Shown here one piece after another: positions 61,166-64,000 of a stretch of DNA of 64,000 bases. The translations under genes and the position numbers were made by a program. The notes beneath the pieces were generated by a model. The model did not search any database and was not told where the DNA came from. It saw only the letters and a list, made by a program, of their open reading frames with translations. Within the stretch, counting starts at the first letter, position 1. Each line of letters starts with the position of its first letter. The stretch lies in the NCBI RefSeq assembly GCF_963921235.1, contig NC_086108.1, positions 496,001-560,000 on the forward strand, in the 5' to 3' direction. The DNA is from Mobula hypostoma. Its lineage: Eukaryota.

Positions 61166-63349
61166 TTTGCTCTTTCTCACTGCAACGTCAATACATCAGT
61201 TAAAGCCATCTCCTGCATACGTGCATTTACTTAATTGGTATGTAGACGCATCTACACAACACTTGTGATCAGTAGATGTCCATTTAAGTAGAACATGAGC
61301 ACCTTTTGTTAGTCCCGTAGAAGCTGCTGCAAGTAGACACATTGCCATCTTGCCAGAAGCTCCCAGTCTACATTTGGCTCCACTTACCTTGTGCCACTTT
61401 CAAGGTATCTCTTTAGGATGGGTGGAAGGAGTTGTTGATTACTTGAATTCTTCATGAACAATTTCTACTTATGTGTTCCAAGGAGTAGATGGCTCCCACA
61501 CCCTCAATCAAAATGGAGGTCTGAGGGATAATGGACCATCGGTAAAACATAATAGGATCAGGAAACGTATAAATGAACTCCAAAGCCGCTCGGTTCTGCA
61601 GCATACCCCAGGTCACTGCTGTTCATTGTGAAAATCCTGAGCAACACACACAAGATGCTGGAGGAGAAAAAGGCTCAAAGTTTCATTTTATTGTCACAGT
61701 ATGCATGTACAATAGAACTCTGATTCTCCAGATAGCTGTTGAATTCAGAAAGACCATGGATGCTGATGAAAATAAAGATATCAACTCCCCGCCAGCTGGC
61801 AGGAAAAAGGAAAGAAACAAAACTTGTAGACACCAAAATGCCTCCCTCACCTGCAGCACAAAAACAGTCAACGTTCCTCTACACATACCATTCCCCGACC
61901 CCCTCACTCACAGAAAAGGGCAGTGACAGTGGCGCCAAATCCCAACCCCAACTCTTACACACAAACAATCAGAAGATGACTCACCTGCCAACTGGCCGCA
62001 AGAAAGAAAATAACAAGAAATAAAGGAAACTAATATACAGTCTAATAAACATATAAATCTCAGAATATGGGAAACGTCTTTTCATCTGCATACAAGGAGA
62101 GCAGAGACACAAACTCAGGCCTTTCATAAAGAGTGACATCCAACTCAGGTCCCAAAGCCACAGATCCAGTTCCAAATACTGCCCAGCTGAGGCCAAACTC
62201 GCCGATCTGGCTGCCGATTGTCTCGCACCAAGAGATCGCTGACCACCTCTGCATTCACCTTGATGCTTCAGTCTTCCTCGCTGCTTCAAGATGGAGTCAT
62301 TCATGATTCCCCCCCCACCCCCACCTTGTCTTTGGTCTTTTCCATGAGCCAGCTTGTGTTCTCGGACCTCTTCGGCATCCCCCACCATCCCTGATCTCAA
62401 CGAGGCAGCGCTCAGCTCTCCGAACACAACATAGCTCTGGATGCTTCACCTGTCACAGGCTCCAACAGTTTCTATAACACAATCAAGACAAAAAGAACTT
62501 GCAGAAGGCATAGGAAAGTGAAATAAGTGGAAAGTTTTGCTAGCTGGAAGGTGTCGCCTGTGGAATCGTTGTTCACTGGCACCATCTCGGCCAACTCAGC
62601 AAGTCAGGCAACTTCCATGAAGAGAAGCAAGCAGTCAACGTTTTGGGCTGAGACCCTTCATCAGGACAGGAAAGGAAGAAGGAAGAAACCAGAATAAGAA
62701 GGCAGGGGGTAGGGTAAAGAGTACAATCTGGCAGATGAAGCCAGGAGAGGAGGAAGGTAGGTGGGTGGAGGAGTGGGGAGGAAGTAGGAAGCTGCAAGTT
62801 GATAGGTGGAAAAGATAAAGGGCTAAAGGACTCTGATAAGAGAGGAGAGTGGACCATGGGAGAAAGGGAAGGACGAGGTGAACTAGAGGGACATGATGGG
62901 CAGGTGAGGAGAAGAGAAGCGGTGAGAAGTTAGGGAATAGAAAATGAGAGTAGGAGGGAGGATAGAGAGATTACTGGAACTTGAAGAAATCTACGTTTAT
63001 GCCATCAGGTTGGAGACACTTTTGTTTATGTTTTCTTATCTTGATTTGACTTTCCAAAATGCAACACCTTACATCTATCTTCCCCAGCTTACTGGAGACT
63101 CTCTGGTAGTCTGGGAGAGTAGCCAGCCCAGTGTTGGCAAGAGGGCTTGTTGAGTTCACAGAGGCCTCGGGGAAGCCATTGTGATGTCAGACTCCATGCA
63201 ACAAGTCCGGAAACCTAGCAACTAGGGAGCCTTTACAGAGCAAGCAGAGTCAACTCAATAAACCTTGACAAGCAGCCCTGTGAGTGAGTAAAATGCCACA
63301 TTTTTAAAGCACAGATTTTCAATGAGGTTTGTGTGTACAGAGTAACATA

Positions 63350-63890
63350 CACCCAGTGACCACTTTATTAGGTACCTCCTAAGAAGAGAAGACAAATGTG
63401 TCTCCTGCTGCTCTTCAAGGTTCAACATGTTGTGCATTCAGAGATGCTCTTCTGCTCACCACTGTTGTAACATGAGGTTATTTGTGTTAATGTCACCTCC
63501 CTGTCAACGAGAACCAGCCTGACCATTCTCCTCTGACCTCTCATTAACAAGGCATCTTTTGCCCACAGAACTGCCACTCACTGATTTTTTTTTGTTTTTC
63601 ACACTATTCTCTGTAAACTCTAGAGGCTGTTCTACATGAAAATCCCAGGACATCAGCAGTTCCTGGGATACTCAAACCACTCTGGCAGGCACCAACACTC
63701 ATTCCACGGTCAAAGTCACTTAGATCACATTTCTTCCCCATTCCGATTTTGGCCTGAACAACAACTGAGCCTCTTGACCATGTCTGCATGCTTTTACACA
63801 TTGAGTTGTTGCCACATGATTGGCTGATTAGATACGTATTCAATTAACAAGCTAGTGTACTGGTGTACCTAACAAAGTGACTGTTGAATG
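63350..63890 (-). mobile_element. Non-autonomous Tc1-like DNA transposon flanked by TA
   Basis: Imperfect TIRs cacccagtgaccactttattaggtac / gtacctaacaaagtgactgttgaatg. Minus-strand MGKKCDLSDFDRGMSVGA..SGLSI..TADVLGFS..TASRVYRE. Confidence 0.8.
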
Positions 63891-64000
63891 TATAATGAAA
63901 CATAACAGTTTCCATTGGGATTTCCATGAGCCACATCAGCACAACACCAGATCACTGCGGCCCACTGCGGTGGTGTACTGACTATGAACTCCTCCCCTGA

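Overview
Repeat-dense vertebrate DNA, most likely from a cartilaginous fish (ray or shark). This is inferred from the mix of V-SINE, CR1, Rex1-like and Penelope repeats and was not confirmed by any search. The only recognisable host gene is a BMP2/4-family ligand, best read as BMP16, on the + strand. It has two coding exons (33802-34156 and 42743-43566; 392 aa), a splice acceptor 7 nt before the ATG, and a candidate non-coding first exon in a CpG-rich region near 16.0-17.3 kb. The intron between the coding exons holds a decayed copy of part of the last exon and a mariner-derived fold-back palindrome of about 510 bp. The remainder is nested mobile DNA: several near-intact CR1 LINEs (one inserted inside another), a solo LTR with a 5-bp target-site duplication (TSD), an internally deleted Gypsy element whose gag and integrase are joined at a shared AERF motif, hAT and Tc1 MITEs, and many Penelope-like fragments carrying minimal hammerhead ribozyme motifs, one with an intact core. 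I found no convincingly new biological system. The best leads are the hammerhead-bearing Penelope fragments, the fold-back mariner, the BMP16 pseudo-exon and a possible uORF overlapping the BMP16 start.
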